This document shows, piece after piece, positions 30,586 through 39,846 of a DNA stretch of 64,000 bases (position 1 is the stretch's first letter; the number at the start of each line of letters is the position of its first letter). The translations under genes were made by a program, and so were the position numbers. A model generated the notes under the pieces. The model did no database searches and was not told where the DNA came from. It worked only from the letters and a program-made list of their open reading frames with translations. Source of the stretch: an uncultured Gemmatimonadales bacterium (GTDB taxonomy: Bacteria; Gemmatimonadota; Gemmatimonadetes; Longimicrobiales; Gaopeijiaceae); the NCBI GenBank assembly GCA_963809895.1, contig CAWELD010000003.1, positions 2,688,001 through 2,752,000 on the forward strand, written 5' to 3'.

Positions 30586-33030
30586 TCAGCCGCCCTCCTC
30601 CAGAATGCGGGCGGGATCGGTGCGTGACGCCCTGAACGCCGGCAGCAGGCTGGCAGCGAGCGCCAGCATCGCCATGAAGAGGATCACCGCTCCGTAGACG
30701 GCCGGATCCGCCGGTCGCACCTGGAAGAGGAGGGAGCCGAGGGCGCGAGAGGCGGCGAAGGCCGCACCCAGCCCCAGAACGGTTCCCCAGGCGGTGAGCG
30801 CCATCCCCCGGCGGGCGATCATCCTCCGCACCTGCGCGGGGCTCGCCCCCACCGCCATGCGCAGCCCGATCTCGGAGCGCCGCCGACCGACCATCAGGGA
30901 CAGCACGCCGAAGACCCCGAGCGCAGCCATGAGGGCCGCGACGCTCCCGAACACGATGGAGAGCGCACCCAGCGCCCTGCTGGAGCTCAGCGCGTCGTCC
31001 ACGTAGGACTGCAGCGTGCGCACGCGGATCACCGGCACCCCGGGCTCCCGCGCCGCCACGGCGCGGCGGATCACGTCGGTGGAGAACGGAGCGCCTCGCG
31101 TCTTCAGGACGAGACTCAGCGCCACGCCCCAGTTGGCTCGAGACTGATGGACGGGCACGTAGACCTGGATGCGTGAGGGCGCACCGAGCTCGTAGTGCCG
31201 CACGTTGGGTACCACGCCCACCACGGTCCGCCACACCGGCTCGGGCTCGCCGCCCGCCGCAGGACGATTCCGTTCGAAACTGATCTTTCGGCCGACGGGG
31301 TTCTCACCCGGCCAGTACAGCTCCGCCATGCGCTCGTCGATGATCGCCACGAGCGGACCGTCGGGTTGGTCCTCGGGCCCGAAGGCGCGCCCCGACAGAA
31401 GCGGAATCCCCATGGCCCGGAAGTAGTCCGTGGAGACGATGTCGTAGAGCACCGACTCGCCGCTGTCGGGATCGTAGGGCACGTTGTCGGGAAGCACCCG
31501 CAACTCCCAGGAGCGGTTGGAGAGCGGCAGGAGGAGGCTGGCGGCGGCCACCTCCACACCGGGCTCTGCCGCCAGCTCCTCCCGGACACCGTCGTAGAAG
31601 GAGAGCCACGATGCCCGATCCGGGAACGTGCCCCGGGGGATGCTGACACCGGCGGTGAGCACGCCCTGGGAGACGAACCCCTTGTCCACCCCCGCGAGCT
31701 CGCGGAAGCTCCGCACCAGCAGGCCGGCGCCCACCAGAAGGACCAGGGACAGCGTCACCTGTGCGACCACGAGCCCGTCGCGCAGCCGATCACCGTGCCG
31801 GCCGCCCATGGTGCGGGCGCCCTGGCGCAGATCGTCCCTGCCCGCCGCCCGAGCCGCCCTGCGGGCCGGCACGAGGCCCGCCAACAGGGCGCTCGCCACC
31901 ACGACGACCGCCACGAACACCAGCACGGAGCCGTCCAGAGAGATCCGGCCCGCCACCAGCGCCGGAATCTGGACCGGCAACGCCCGGGGCAGCGCCCGTA
32001 CCATCACCGCCGCCAATGCGAGACCCAGGGTGCCGCCCACCACGGTGAGCGCCACGTTCTCGCCCAGGAGCAACCGCACCGCCGAGCCTCGTCCGGCACC
32101 CAGGGCGGCTCGCACGGCCAACTCGCGGTGCCGGCCCTCACCCCGGGCCAGCATGAGGTTGGCCACGTTGGCGCACGCGATCAGAAGGAGCACTCCGGCA
32201 CCGGCCAGGAGCACCCACAGCCCGACCTGCACGTCGGCGAGGAAGCGGTCCGCCAGGGGCTCGACGACCGCTTCGGAGAAGGGCCGGCCCTCGAGGGCAT
32301 CCACCTCGTCGGTGACCCGCTTCATGTCGCGCTGGGCCGCCGCGACAGTGGATCCGGGTGCAAGCCGGGCGAGGGCGCCGGTGCCGAAGGAATCGCCCCG
32401 GGTGTCCCAGGGTAGCTGGTCGGCCAGCACACCCATGGGCACGTAGGCCTCGATGTCGGGCCGGGGGAATCCCACCCCCTCGGGCAGCACGCCGGCGATG
32501 GCGTACGGGCGCCCGTCGAGGGTGAGGGTGCGGCCCAGCACCTCGGGATCGCCGCCGTAGGCTCGCTGCCAGAATCCGTATCCCAGCACCGCCACCGGCT
32601 CGGCGCCGCGCTCGGTCTCTTCGCCGGTGAAGAGGCGGCCCAGCGCCGGCTCCATGCCCAGGGTGCCGAAGAAGTCCCCGATGACCAGGGCCCCGTCCAC
32701 ACGCTCCGCGCCCTGCTCGGTGGGACGGACGAAGCCCCATCCCGCCAGGGCGCCCATGGACGAGAAGGCCCGGTTGCGCTGGCTCCAGTCGTGGTAGTTG
32801 GGCACCGACATGGAGACGAGGAAGCCCGTCTGCGCATCGCGGACGCCGACGCTCACCAACCGATCGGCCTCCGGAAACGGCAGCGACTCCAGCAACACCG
32901 CGTGCACCAGGGTGAACACCGCCACGGCGCCTCCGATGCCGAGTCCGAGGGTGGCGATGACCAGGACGGAAAAGCCGGGCCGGCGCAGGAGGCCGCGGAC
33001 GGTGTGTTTCACGTGCGATGCGAGGGGCAT
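30586..33030 (-). CDS. duplicated MacB/FtsX-type ABC permease (ADOP family)
   Basis: LGLGIGG, LLIACANVANLMLARG, LVVAQVTLS, EIGLRMAVGA, PAFRASRTDP. Confidence 0.95.
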   Translation of the reverse strand: MPLASHVKHTVRGLLRRPGFSVLVIATLGLGIGGAVAVFTLVHAVLLESLPFPEADRLVSVGVRDAQTGFLVSMSVPNYHDWSQRNRAFSSMGALAGWGFVRPTEQGAERVDGALVIGDFFGTLGMEPALGRLFTGEETERGAEPVAVLGYGFWQRAYGGDPEVLGRTLTLDGRPYAIAGVLPEGVGFPRPDIEAYVPMGVLADQLPWDTRGDSFGTGALARLAPGSTVAAAQRDMKRVTDEVDALEGRPFSEAVVEPLADRFLADVQVGLWVLLAGAGVLLLIACANVANLMLARGEGRHRELAVRAALGAGRGSAVRLLLGENVALTVVGGTLGLALAAVMVRALPRALPVQIPALVAGRISLDGSVLVFVAVVVVASALLAGLVPARRAARAAGRDDLRQGARTMGGRHGDRLRDGLVVAQVTLSLVLLVGAGLLVRSFRELAGVDKGFVSQGVLTAGVSIPRGTFPDRASWLSFYDGVREELAAEPGVEVAAASLLLPLSNRSWELRVLPDNVPYDPDSGESVLYDIVSTDYFRAMGIPLLSGRAFGPEDQPDGPLVAIIDERMAELYWPGENPVGRKISFERNRPAAGGEPEPVWRTVVGVVPNVRHYELGAPSRIQVYVPVHQSRANWGVALSLVLKTRGAPFSTDVIRRAVAAREPGVPVIRVRTLQSYVDDALSSSRALGALSIVFGSVAALMAALGVFGVLSLMVGRRRSEIGLRMAVGASPAQVRRMIARRGMALTAWGTVLGLGAAFAASRALGSLLFQVRPADPAVYGAVILFMAMLALAASLLPAFRASRTDPARILEEGG

Positions 33031-33100
33031 GGGGCACCTGTCGTGAGAGAGGGATCACCCTCAGTCAGATACCGTCATGTCCCCCGCGGTTGGGATCTCC

Positions 33101-36100
33101 TCAACCCGGACCGATCCAGTCGGGGGCGAATGCGCCCTCGCGGAACTGGCGGAGGTCGGTGCCGTCCGCATTCACGATCCACAGGCCGCTCCACCGCGAA
33201 CCATCGGGATAGAGCTTGGACGCCCCGAACAGGAGTTGTGTGCCGTCGGGGGACCAGGTGGCGCCGACGTTGCCCGTCCAGATGTCGTTCATTCCCAGAT
33301 CGGCGGACACCACGGCGAGCGTGCCTCCTGCAGCGTCTGCGACCACGACATCCGTGAAGCCGTCGCCTCGCCGATGGAGGTAGGCGATGCGGAGGCCATC
33401 GGGCGAGAAGCGCGGACTGAGGGCATCGGGGAAGGCGGCGGTCAGACGCACCACGCCGCTCCCGTCGAACAGGTAGAGGTAGGGGCGATTCTCGCCCCGG
33501 TAGCTGTGGCCCGCGAAGACCAACTTGGTCCGGTCGCTGGACCAGTCGGTGCCGGTGAATCCCCCGATGGAGTCGGCGGCCAGAGGATCGAACAGCAGGG
33601 TGCGGGCGCCGGTGTCGATGTCGATGGCGAAGGGGAGCATGGGCTCGACGTCTGGCGAGTACAGGCCGAGGGTCAACTGCGACGGCCCCGGACCCCACGA
33701 GGGGTGATCCAGAACCAGCCCACTACCCGACTTGTCCTCCACCACCAATTGGCACGCCCCCGTGTCGGTGTCCCAGACCGCGATCCCTGCTTTCGCGTTG
33801 CACGTATTGACGGAATATCCGGCGTAGTGGGTGCCGTCCGGTGACCAGCGCGCCGCCGGGGAGCGACCCGGCACTCGAACAGGGTTGGTGCCGTCCGGGT
33901 TCATGACCCAGAGCCAGCGGTCCGCGTCGTGGTACAGGATGCGTCCCGGCCCAGCCCCGCAGTCGACGACGAGAGCCTCCGTGGTCGGCGTGGTGACCGA
34001 TCGCGGATTCATGCCCTGGAGCAGGCACTCTTCGGGCACGTCCAGCAGCTCCAGGGTGTGCTGACCCGCGCCGACCCCCGGGAAGGTGGTGCTGCCGCCC
34101 TGGGCCTGGACGGTGCGGATGTCGTTGCCGTCCAGCACGACCCGGTAGGTGGCCTGGCCACCGTTGTCGCCCCGGGTGTCGATGGTGACGTCCAGATCAC
34201 CACCCTGGCACGACAGGCTGAAGCTGGCCGTGCCGGTGCCGCCATCGGGCACCGACACCGTCATGGGATTGGGCGCCGCCACGCTGCACTCCGCCGGCAC
34301 GCTGGTGAGCTCCACGGTGCGGTCGCCGGCGTCCACCGTCAGCGACTGGCTGGCGTTGGCGTCGATTGGGCCCATGTCCTGGCCGTCCACCGAGAAGCTC
34401 AGCGTCGCACCCACCGGGAAGGGGCCCGAGGTGTTGGTGGTCACCTCGAGCTGGCCGCCGATGCAGGTCACCGCGAAGGCCACCGTGGTGGTCGAGTCGG
34501 CCACGATGTCGGTCTGCACCGGGTTGTCGCCGTTCACGCTGCAGTTCGGCTCCAGCGCCGCCAGCGCCACGCTGACCGCTCCCGGCGCCAACGCCGAGAA
34601 GGTGACCGAGCCGGTGGGATCGATGGCCTTGGACCGACTCGCCACCGTCACCTGGTAGCCATCGGGGTCGCCGGGGTCGCCCTGGCTCGACGTGCTTACC
34701 TCCAACGTGCCCGCCGTGCCCGCGCCTCCGCTCCCCTGGCACTCCACCTGGAAGGTCAGGGTGCTGAGCATCCCCACCTGGATGGTGGCGGTCTGCGGGT
34801 TCGCGCCCTGCACCGAGCAGTTGTCGGCGATGCCCCTGACGCTCACCTTCCGGCTTCCCAGCCGCACGCTCCGGAACGGGCGGGTGGCGTTGGTGCCGAT
34901 CGTGCCCTGCGCTGCGCCGTCCAGCTCCAGCTCGTAGCCGTTCGGGTCCAGGTCGCCGCCCGTGGTCTGGACCACTACGTCCAGGTCCCCGATGGGACAC
35001 TTCCACTGCGCCCCCTGCAGCGTGGCCAGCGTCTTGGTCTTCGAGTAGTCGCCACCCTTGGGCGTGAGGAAGTCCGCCAGGGAGATCCCGATCTTGGCGT
35101 CCAGACCTGCCGACGAGTCGAAGCCGCAATCGGTGCTGGACGCCGTCAGGCTGGCCTTCGCCCACGGCCCCAGCCCCACCAGGGGGCCGGCGATCCCGTA
35201 GAACTTCAGGTTCAGGTCCGGGGTCAGGCTCACCTTCGCGTCGAGGGTGATGGACACCACCGCCGTGCTGTCGCTGATGCTCGGCTGCTTGGGCGTGAAC
35301 GAGCCGTTGGCGTCCAGGACGCCCTGCCATCCCTGCGTTTCGTCCCAGCGCGCGCCCACGCTCACCGAGTGCGAGGTCTCGATCCCCGCCTGGAGCTTCC
35401 CCTTCAGCGTCGCGTTGGCCTCGAACTTCCCCTTCACCTCCATCTCGGCGTAGACGATGATCGGGACCGCCCCTACCTGGACGTAGACGATCCGCCCCAC
35501 TTCGAAGAGCGTCGCCTCGCGGGTCAGCGATGTGGACAGCTTCGCACCCAACGACACCGCCAGGTCCGTCTTGACGGTCCCGGTGGCGATCCCGTGAAAC
35601 TCCTTCAGCTCGTCGTTCTCACCCCAGGTGCTGCCGAAGTCCAGCGAGGGTGAGAAGCTGAAGCGCCCGTTGGGGATCTTGAACTCGTCGATGATGCTCG
35701 GGCACTTGTTCGCGGGGTCCTTCTCCTTGAAGTACTTGCAGATGTCGAACCCGCTGAAGTCCACGCCCAGCCCGCTGAGCGTCACCCCGGCGGGCAGCGG
35801 CGTCGTCCACAGCGGACCGTAGGCGATACGGACATCGCCCGATGCAGGCTCCAGCCAGGGCGCCGGACCGGCCGGGGCCGGGGCGGCTCCACCGCCCAGG
35901 CCGAAGAGGTCCACCGTGAAGCTCAGGTTGCCGGTGTCGATGAGATCGTCCAGCGTCGCCGGCTCCGTCTCCAGGGTGAGCTCGGCCCCCGCCACCGATG
36001 CCGCCGTCACCGTGCGCAGGAAGCCCAGACCCTGGGCACCCACGATGACGTCGCCCACAGCGATGGCCGGCGGATCGCCGCTCCCCAGATACTGGAACCG

Positions 36101-36556
36101 GTAGATTCCCCGGTCCAGCTCCAGTCGGTCGCTCAGGAGAGCCAGCTCGGTGGAGTCCACCACCATGGCGTTGCTCTCCAGCCGGAACGCCGTCACCGTG
36201 CCCGAGGCGCTGCCCGAACGGCTCGCGACCGTCGCCGTGATGGTCGCGGCCCCGCCCCCCGTCCCCGTGACCAGACCGTCGGAGGAGACCGCGGCGACCG
36301 ACTCGTCGCTGGACGACCACGCCAACGTCTGGCCCGTCATGGCCTGGCCGTTCTGGTCCCGCACGCTCGCCGCGAGCTGCACCGTCTCGCCGTAATCCAG
36401 CGCGAAGCTCGACGGCGACACGGTCACCGTCGTCACCCGAGGTGTCGGGTCCGGGTCGGGATCCGGGTCCGGACCCGTGGGTGGGCCCGACCCGTCTCCC
36501 CCGCAGCCCGCCAACACCAATCCCGCCAGCAAGACCTTCCATCGACCGGTCCGCAT
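33101..36556 (-). CDS. large surface lipoprotein: Big_2 Ig domain, beta-rich domain, four Cys-paired repeats, TolB/PD40-like propeller
   Basis: Lipobox LAGC, PD-dipeptide linker, WSSSDESVAAVSSDG.VT Ig motif, repeated WSPDG/FSPDG. Confidence 0.88.
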   Translation of the reverse strand: MRTGRWKVLLAGLVLAGCGGDGSGPPTGPDPDPDPDPTPRVTTVTVSPSSFALDYGETVQLAASVRDQNGQAMTGQTLAWSSSDESVAAVSSDGLVTGTGGGAATITATVASRSGSASGTVTAFRLESNAMVVDSTELALLSDRLELDRGIYRFQYLGSGDPPAIAVGDVIVGAQGLGFLRTVTAASVAGAELTLETEPATLDDLIDTGNLSFTVDLFGLGGGAAPAPAGPAPWLEPASGDVRIAYGPLWTTPLPAGVTLSGLGVDFSGFDICKYFKEKDPANKCPSIIDEFKIPNGRFSFSPSLDFGSTWGENDELKEFHGIATGTVKTDLAVSLGAKLSTSLTREATLFEVGRIVYVQVGAVPIIVYAEMEVKGKFEANATLKGKLQAGIETSHSVSVGARWDETQGWQGVLDANGSFTPKQPSISDSTAVVSITLDAKVSLTPDLNLKFYGIAGPLVGLGPWAKASLTASSTDCGFDSSAGLDAKIGISLADFLTPKGGDYSKTKTLATLQGAQWKCPIGDLDVVVQTTGGDLDPNGYELELDGAAQGTIGTNATRPFRSVRLGSRKVSVRGIADNCSVQGANPQTATIQVGMLSTLTFQVECQGSGGAGTAGTLEVSTSSQGDPGDPDGYQVTVASRSKAIDPTGSVTFSALAPGAVSVALAALEPNCSVNGDNPVQTDIVADSTTTVAFAVTCIGGQLEVTTNTSGPFPVGATLSFSVDGQDMGPIDANASQSLTVDAGDRTVELTSVPAECSVAAPNPMTVSVPDGGTGTASFSLSCQGGDLDVTIDTRGDNGGQATYRVVLDGNDIRTVQAQGGSTTFPGVGAGQHTLELLDVPEECLLQGMNPRSVTTPTTEALVVDCGAGPGRILYHDADRWLWVMNPDGTNPVRVPGRSPAARWSPDGTHYAGYSVNTCNAKAGIAVWDTDTGACQLVVEDKSGSGLVLDHPSWGPGPSQLTLGLYSPDVEPMLPFAIDIDTGARTLLFDPLAADSIGGFTGTDWSSDRTKLVFAGHSYRGENRPYLYLFDGSGVVRLTAAFPDALSPRFSPDGLRIAYLHRRGDGFTDVVVADAAGGTLAVVSADLGMNDIWTGNVGATWSPDGTQLLFGASKLYPDGSRWSGLWIVNADGTDLRQFREGAFAPDWIGPG

Positions 36557-36733
36557 GCCGCGCTCCATCTCGTGAGATCTCCGTCCGCACGAGGGGATTA
36601 CGTCATACGAGGCGAGTGGGGATCATCGCTGCGGGCCGCCGGCCACGCGTCGGAAGACGGGGCCTACCTCGTCACCCAGATGTACTCGTTCTTGCGGCGC
36701 CAACCTTCCGTCCAATGTCCAGGCGGCGATCCC

Positions 36734-38159
36734 TCATCCCCACCAGGGCGAATCGGGAAGCACCACGGTCGGCCTCCGTCCGGCGCGTCGGCCGTCCAGG
36801 TGCAGGAGGAAGGTGCCGACACCGGCCGCCCCCTGCATGCGGCCGGTCTGCGCCGCCACCTCATCGGGCGACACCCGGTTCTCGGCCTGCACCCAGCGCC
36901 GGCCGCCGGCGTCCTCGGAGGACTGGTCCAGGAGCCAGCGGCCCACACGCTCGGCGTAGGCGCCGTGGCTGTCGTCGCCGGCGGCCTCTTCCAGCGCCAG
37001 GAAGAACTCGCCCACGCCGGCATCGCCGCAGCACTGGCTCACGTTGTTCCAGTAGCCCGGGGAGCGGCGCTCGGGCACGCCGTAGGCCTGGATCGCGGCG
37101 GCGCCCCGGGGAATCCACCCTCTCCACCGGGAATCCCCCGTCGCCCGCGCCAGCGCCTCGAAGAGCCGTGCCGTGCCGACGGGTCCGTGGCACCAGGACA
37201 GATAGTAGAGATCCTCGCCGCCCGGCTCGTGATGGAAGACCGCGCACCCGTCCTCGTCGCAGCGCCCCACGGCCTCGAGGTAGTGCGCGCCCCGCACCGC
37301 CGCCTCCAGTGGCTCGGCCTCGCCCGTGGCGGCGTGCAGCCGCGCCAGGAAGTAGGCCACACCGGCCGTGCCGTGCGAGAAGTTCGGATAGTTGCGGGGA
37401 TATCCGAGAGAGACCAGCCAGCGCAGCCCGCCCGGCGCCTCCTCGCCCAGACCCACCAGGCGACGTCCCGCACCCGCCGCCGCTTCGAGTGCGTCGGGAT
37501 GGTCCAGCGCGTCGTGGGCCCACAGGAGCGTCAGGCCGATGCCCGCGGCGCCCGAGATGATGTCCGACGACGCCTGATCGAGGCTGCCCGAGAGCCCACG
37601 CGAGGCCGCCCCGGTGCGGGCGGGCCGCCGCGACGACCCGGTCCGTGCAGCGCACGGCCCCTTCGCGGAAGCGCGCCTCGCCGCTGGCGCGATGCACCGC
37701 CTCCAGGCAGAAGGCGATTCCCGAGAGTCCGGTGTAGAGGCCCGCGTCCAGCGCCGGCGACGCATCGGTGCGCGCCAGCAGGTGGTCGGCTCCGGCCACG
37801 GCATCGGTCAGCGCCTCGGGACTCCCGGTAGCCGCGTGCACCTCCAGCAGGAAGAGCAGAACTCCTGGCGTCCCGTGATAGAGGCTCAGGTCCTCGTCCT
37901 CGCCGGCAGCGGGGACCACCGGCCAGGTCACGCCGGCGCTCGTTTCGCGCCGGTAGGCCCGGATCCAGCGATCCGCCGCCAGCGCGGCATCCAGAAACGG
38001 CCCCGCGGCGCGATGGCCATCGGCACCCACGCGTTCGAGTGCCGCCGCGCCGCCGGGCGCCAGCAGGAGCGCCGAGCCGGCGGCGGTCACGCGCAGGAAG
38101 TCACGGCGCGTGAGTCCCGGAGAACCCTCGATCAAGCACATGGGCGACCTCCCGATCAT
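36734..38159 (-). CDS. LanC-like (lanthionine synthetase C) protein with Tat signal; frameshift at ~37596
   Basis: TRRDFL Tat motif; GxxG repeats LYHGTPG, LYTGLSG, IISGAAG, FSHGTAG, WCHGPVG, QCCGDAG, MQGAAG. Removing one G from TGG G CTC joins ORFs 36861-38822 and 36734-37804. Confidence 0.88.
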
Positions 38160-39844
38160 GGAGCCGACCGGCTCTCCACGTAGAAGTTCGGGTCCACCTC
38201 GAAGTCGGACGGGTCGGAGAGTGACGTCTCGACGCGCTGCCACGCCTCGGTGGGGTGGATCCAATCGTACTCGCCCGGGGCCAGCGTGACCCGCACGGGC
38301 ATGGCGAACCCCGACACGACATCGGTCCACCGGTACTCCAGCGTGGACCCGTCGAAGCGGTATTCCAGCACCGGCACCATGGTGGTGCGCAGGTACTCGT
38401 CGAAGACCCCGCTCAGGTCCATGCCGGCGTGCTGGCTGATGTAGTCCTCGACCTGCGCGCTGGTGACGGTCTGGTGACGGAAGGTCGCGTTCAGCCCCCT
38501 GAGGATCCCCCGCCAGGCCTCGTCGTCGTCCACGAGCTGGCGGATGGTGTGCAGCATGTTGCCGCCCTTGTAGTACATGTCGCCGGAGCCTTCGTGGTTC
38601 ACCCCGTAGGTGCCGATGATGGGACGGTCGTTCCGGATCAGGGCCCGGGTGCCGATGACGTAGCGCGCGCCGGCCTCCTTGCTGCCCGTGAGACACTCGG
38701 TGTAGAGGTTCTCGGCGTAGTTGGCGAAGGACTCGTGGATCCACATGTCCGCTGCGTCCTTCATGCTGATGTTGTTGCCCCACCACTCGTGCGCGCTCTC
38801 GTGCACGATGATGAAGTCCCACTTCAGCCCCTCACCCGTCGACGACAGGTCCCGGCCGCGGTAGCCGTTCTGATAGCCGTTCCCGTACGCCACCGCGCTC
38901 TGATGCTCCATCCCCAGGTGCGGTGCCTCCAGGAGCTTGTAGCCGTCCGCGTACCAGGGGTACGGCCCGAACCAGTGCTCGAAGCAGGCGAGCATGGGCT
39001 TGACCTGGGCCCACTGCCGCTTGGCCGCGTCCAGATGGTAGGCCAGGGGCCAGAAGTCCAGCGTCAGGGTCCCGGCCTCGCCCTGGTATTCCTCGCTCCA
39101 GTGGGCGTAGGTGCCGGCGTTCACCGACACGCTGTAGTTGTTGATGGGCTCGGTGACGAACCACTCGTAGGTCGTGGTGCCGTCGCTGTTGGGCCGCGTG
39201 CTCCTGAGCCGCCCGTTGGAGACGTCCACCATGGGATCGGGCACCGTGATGGCGATGCGTTGACTGTCGGGCTCCTCCGAGCCGATGTCCTTGTCGGGCC
39301 ACCACACACTGGCCCCCAGGCCCTCGTTGGCGGTGGAGACCCAGGCGTTGCCCAGGCTGTCGGTCTGCCAGATGTAGCCGCCGTCCCAGGGCGGACGGAT
39401 CGCCACCACGGGCCGGCCGTGGTAGTGGACCGTCACGGTCTTCTCGGCCCCCACCGGCTGCGGCGCGGCCAGGGTGACGAAGAAGGCGTTGCCGTCACGC
39501 CGGTAGTCCAGGCGGGCCCCGTCCTGGACGATGCTGTCCACCTCCAGCGGCTCCTGCAGGTCGATCTGCATTTCCCGGGTGGGCCCGGTCACGCGGTAGG
39601 TGATCCCGTTCCAGCCGCGGATCGTGCTGTCCCCGGGCGACACGCGCACGTGGAGGTCGTAGAAGGTCACGTCCCACCAGGCCCGTCCGGGCCCGTTGGT
39701 ACCGCGGAGCGTGTCGGCATGGGTGAAGCCGCGCCCCTGCTGGGCGGCGAGGCCCGCCGGAGTCCCCAGGGCCGCGGCGCACGCCGCCGCCAGCCCCAAT
39801 GCGGCCAGGACCGTCCTCCTCCCCCTCGACCGGACCGGGCCCAC
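38156..39844 (-). CDS. secreted M1-family aminopeptidase
   Basis: LGMEHQ, HESAHEWWGN, WIHESFA, YYKG; signal peptide. Confidence 0.93.
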   Translation of the reverse strand: MGPVRSRGRRTVLAALGLAAACAAALGTPAGLAAQQGRGFTHADTLRGTNGPGRAWWDVTFYDLHVRVSPGDSTIRGWNGITYRVTGPTREMQIDLQEPLEVDSIVQDGARLDYRRDGNAFFVTLAAPQPVGAEKTVTVHYHGRPVVAIRPPWDGGYIWQTDSLGNAWVSTANEGLGASVWWPDKDIGSEEPDSQRIAITVPDPMVDVSNGRLRSTRPNSDGTTTYEWFVTEPINNYSVSVNAGTYAHWSEEYQGEAGTLTLDFWPLAYHLDAAKRQWAQVKPMLACFEHWFGPYPWYADGYKLLEAPHLGMEHQSAVAYGNGYQNGYRGRDLSSTGEGLKWDFIIVHESAHEWWGNNISMKDAADMWIHESFANYAENLYTECLTGSKEAGARYVIGTRALIRNDRPIIGTYGVNHEGSGDMYYKGGNMLHTIRQLVDDDEAWRGILRGLNATFRHQTVTSAQVEDYISQHAGMDLSGVFDEYLRTTMVPVLEYRFDGSTLEYRWTDVVSGFAMPVRVTLAPGEYDWIHPTEAWQRVETSLSDPSDFEVDPNFYVESRSAP

Positions 39845-39846
39845 GA

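Noticed and set aside
36443..36475. Hexamer repeat as a phase-variation tract
   Set aside because: Degenerate, in frame, and encodes a routine Pro-Asp lipoprotein linker.
36734..38159. Lanthipeptide biosynthetic gene cluster
   Set aside because: No dehydratase, no Ser/Thr/Cys-rich precursor and no LanT nearby; the LanC has an export signal.
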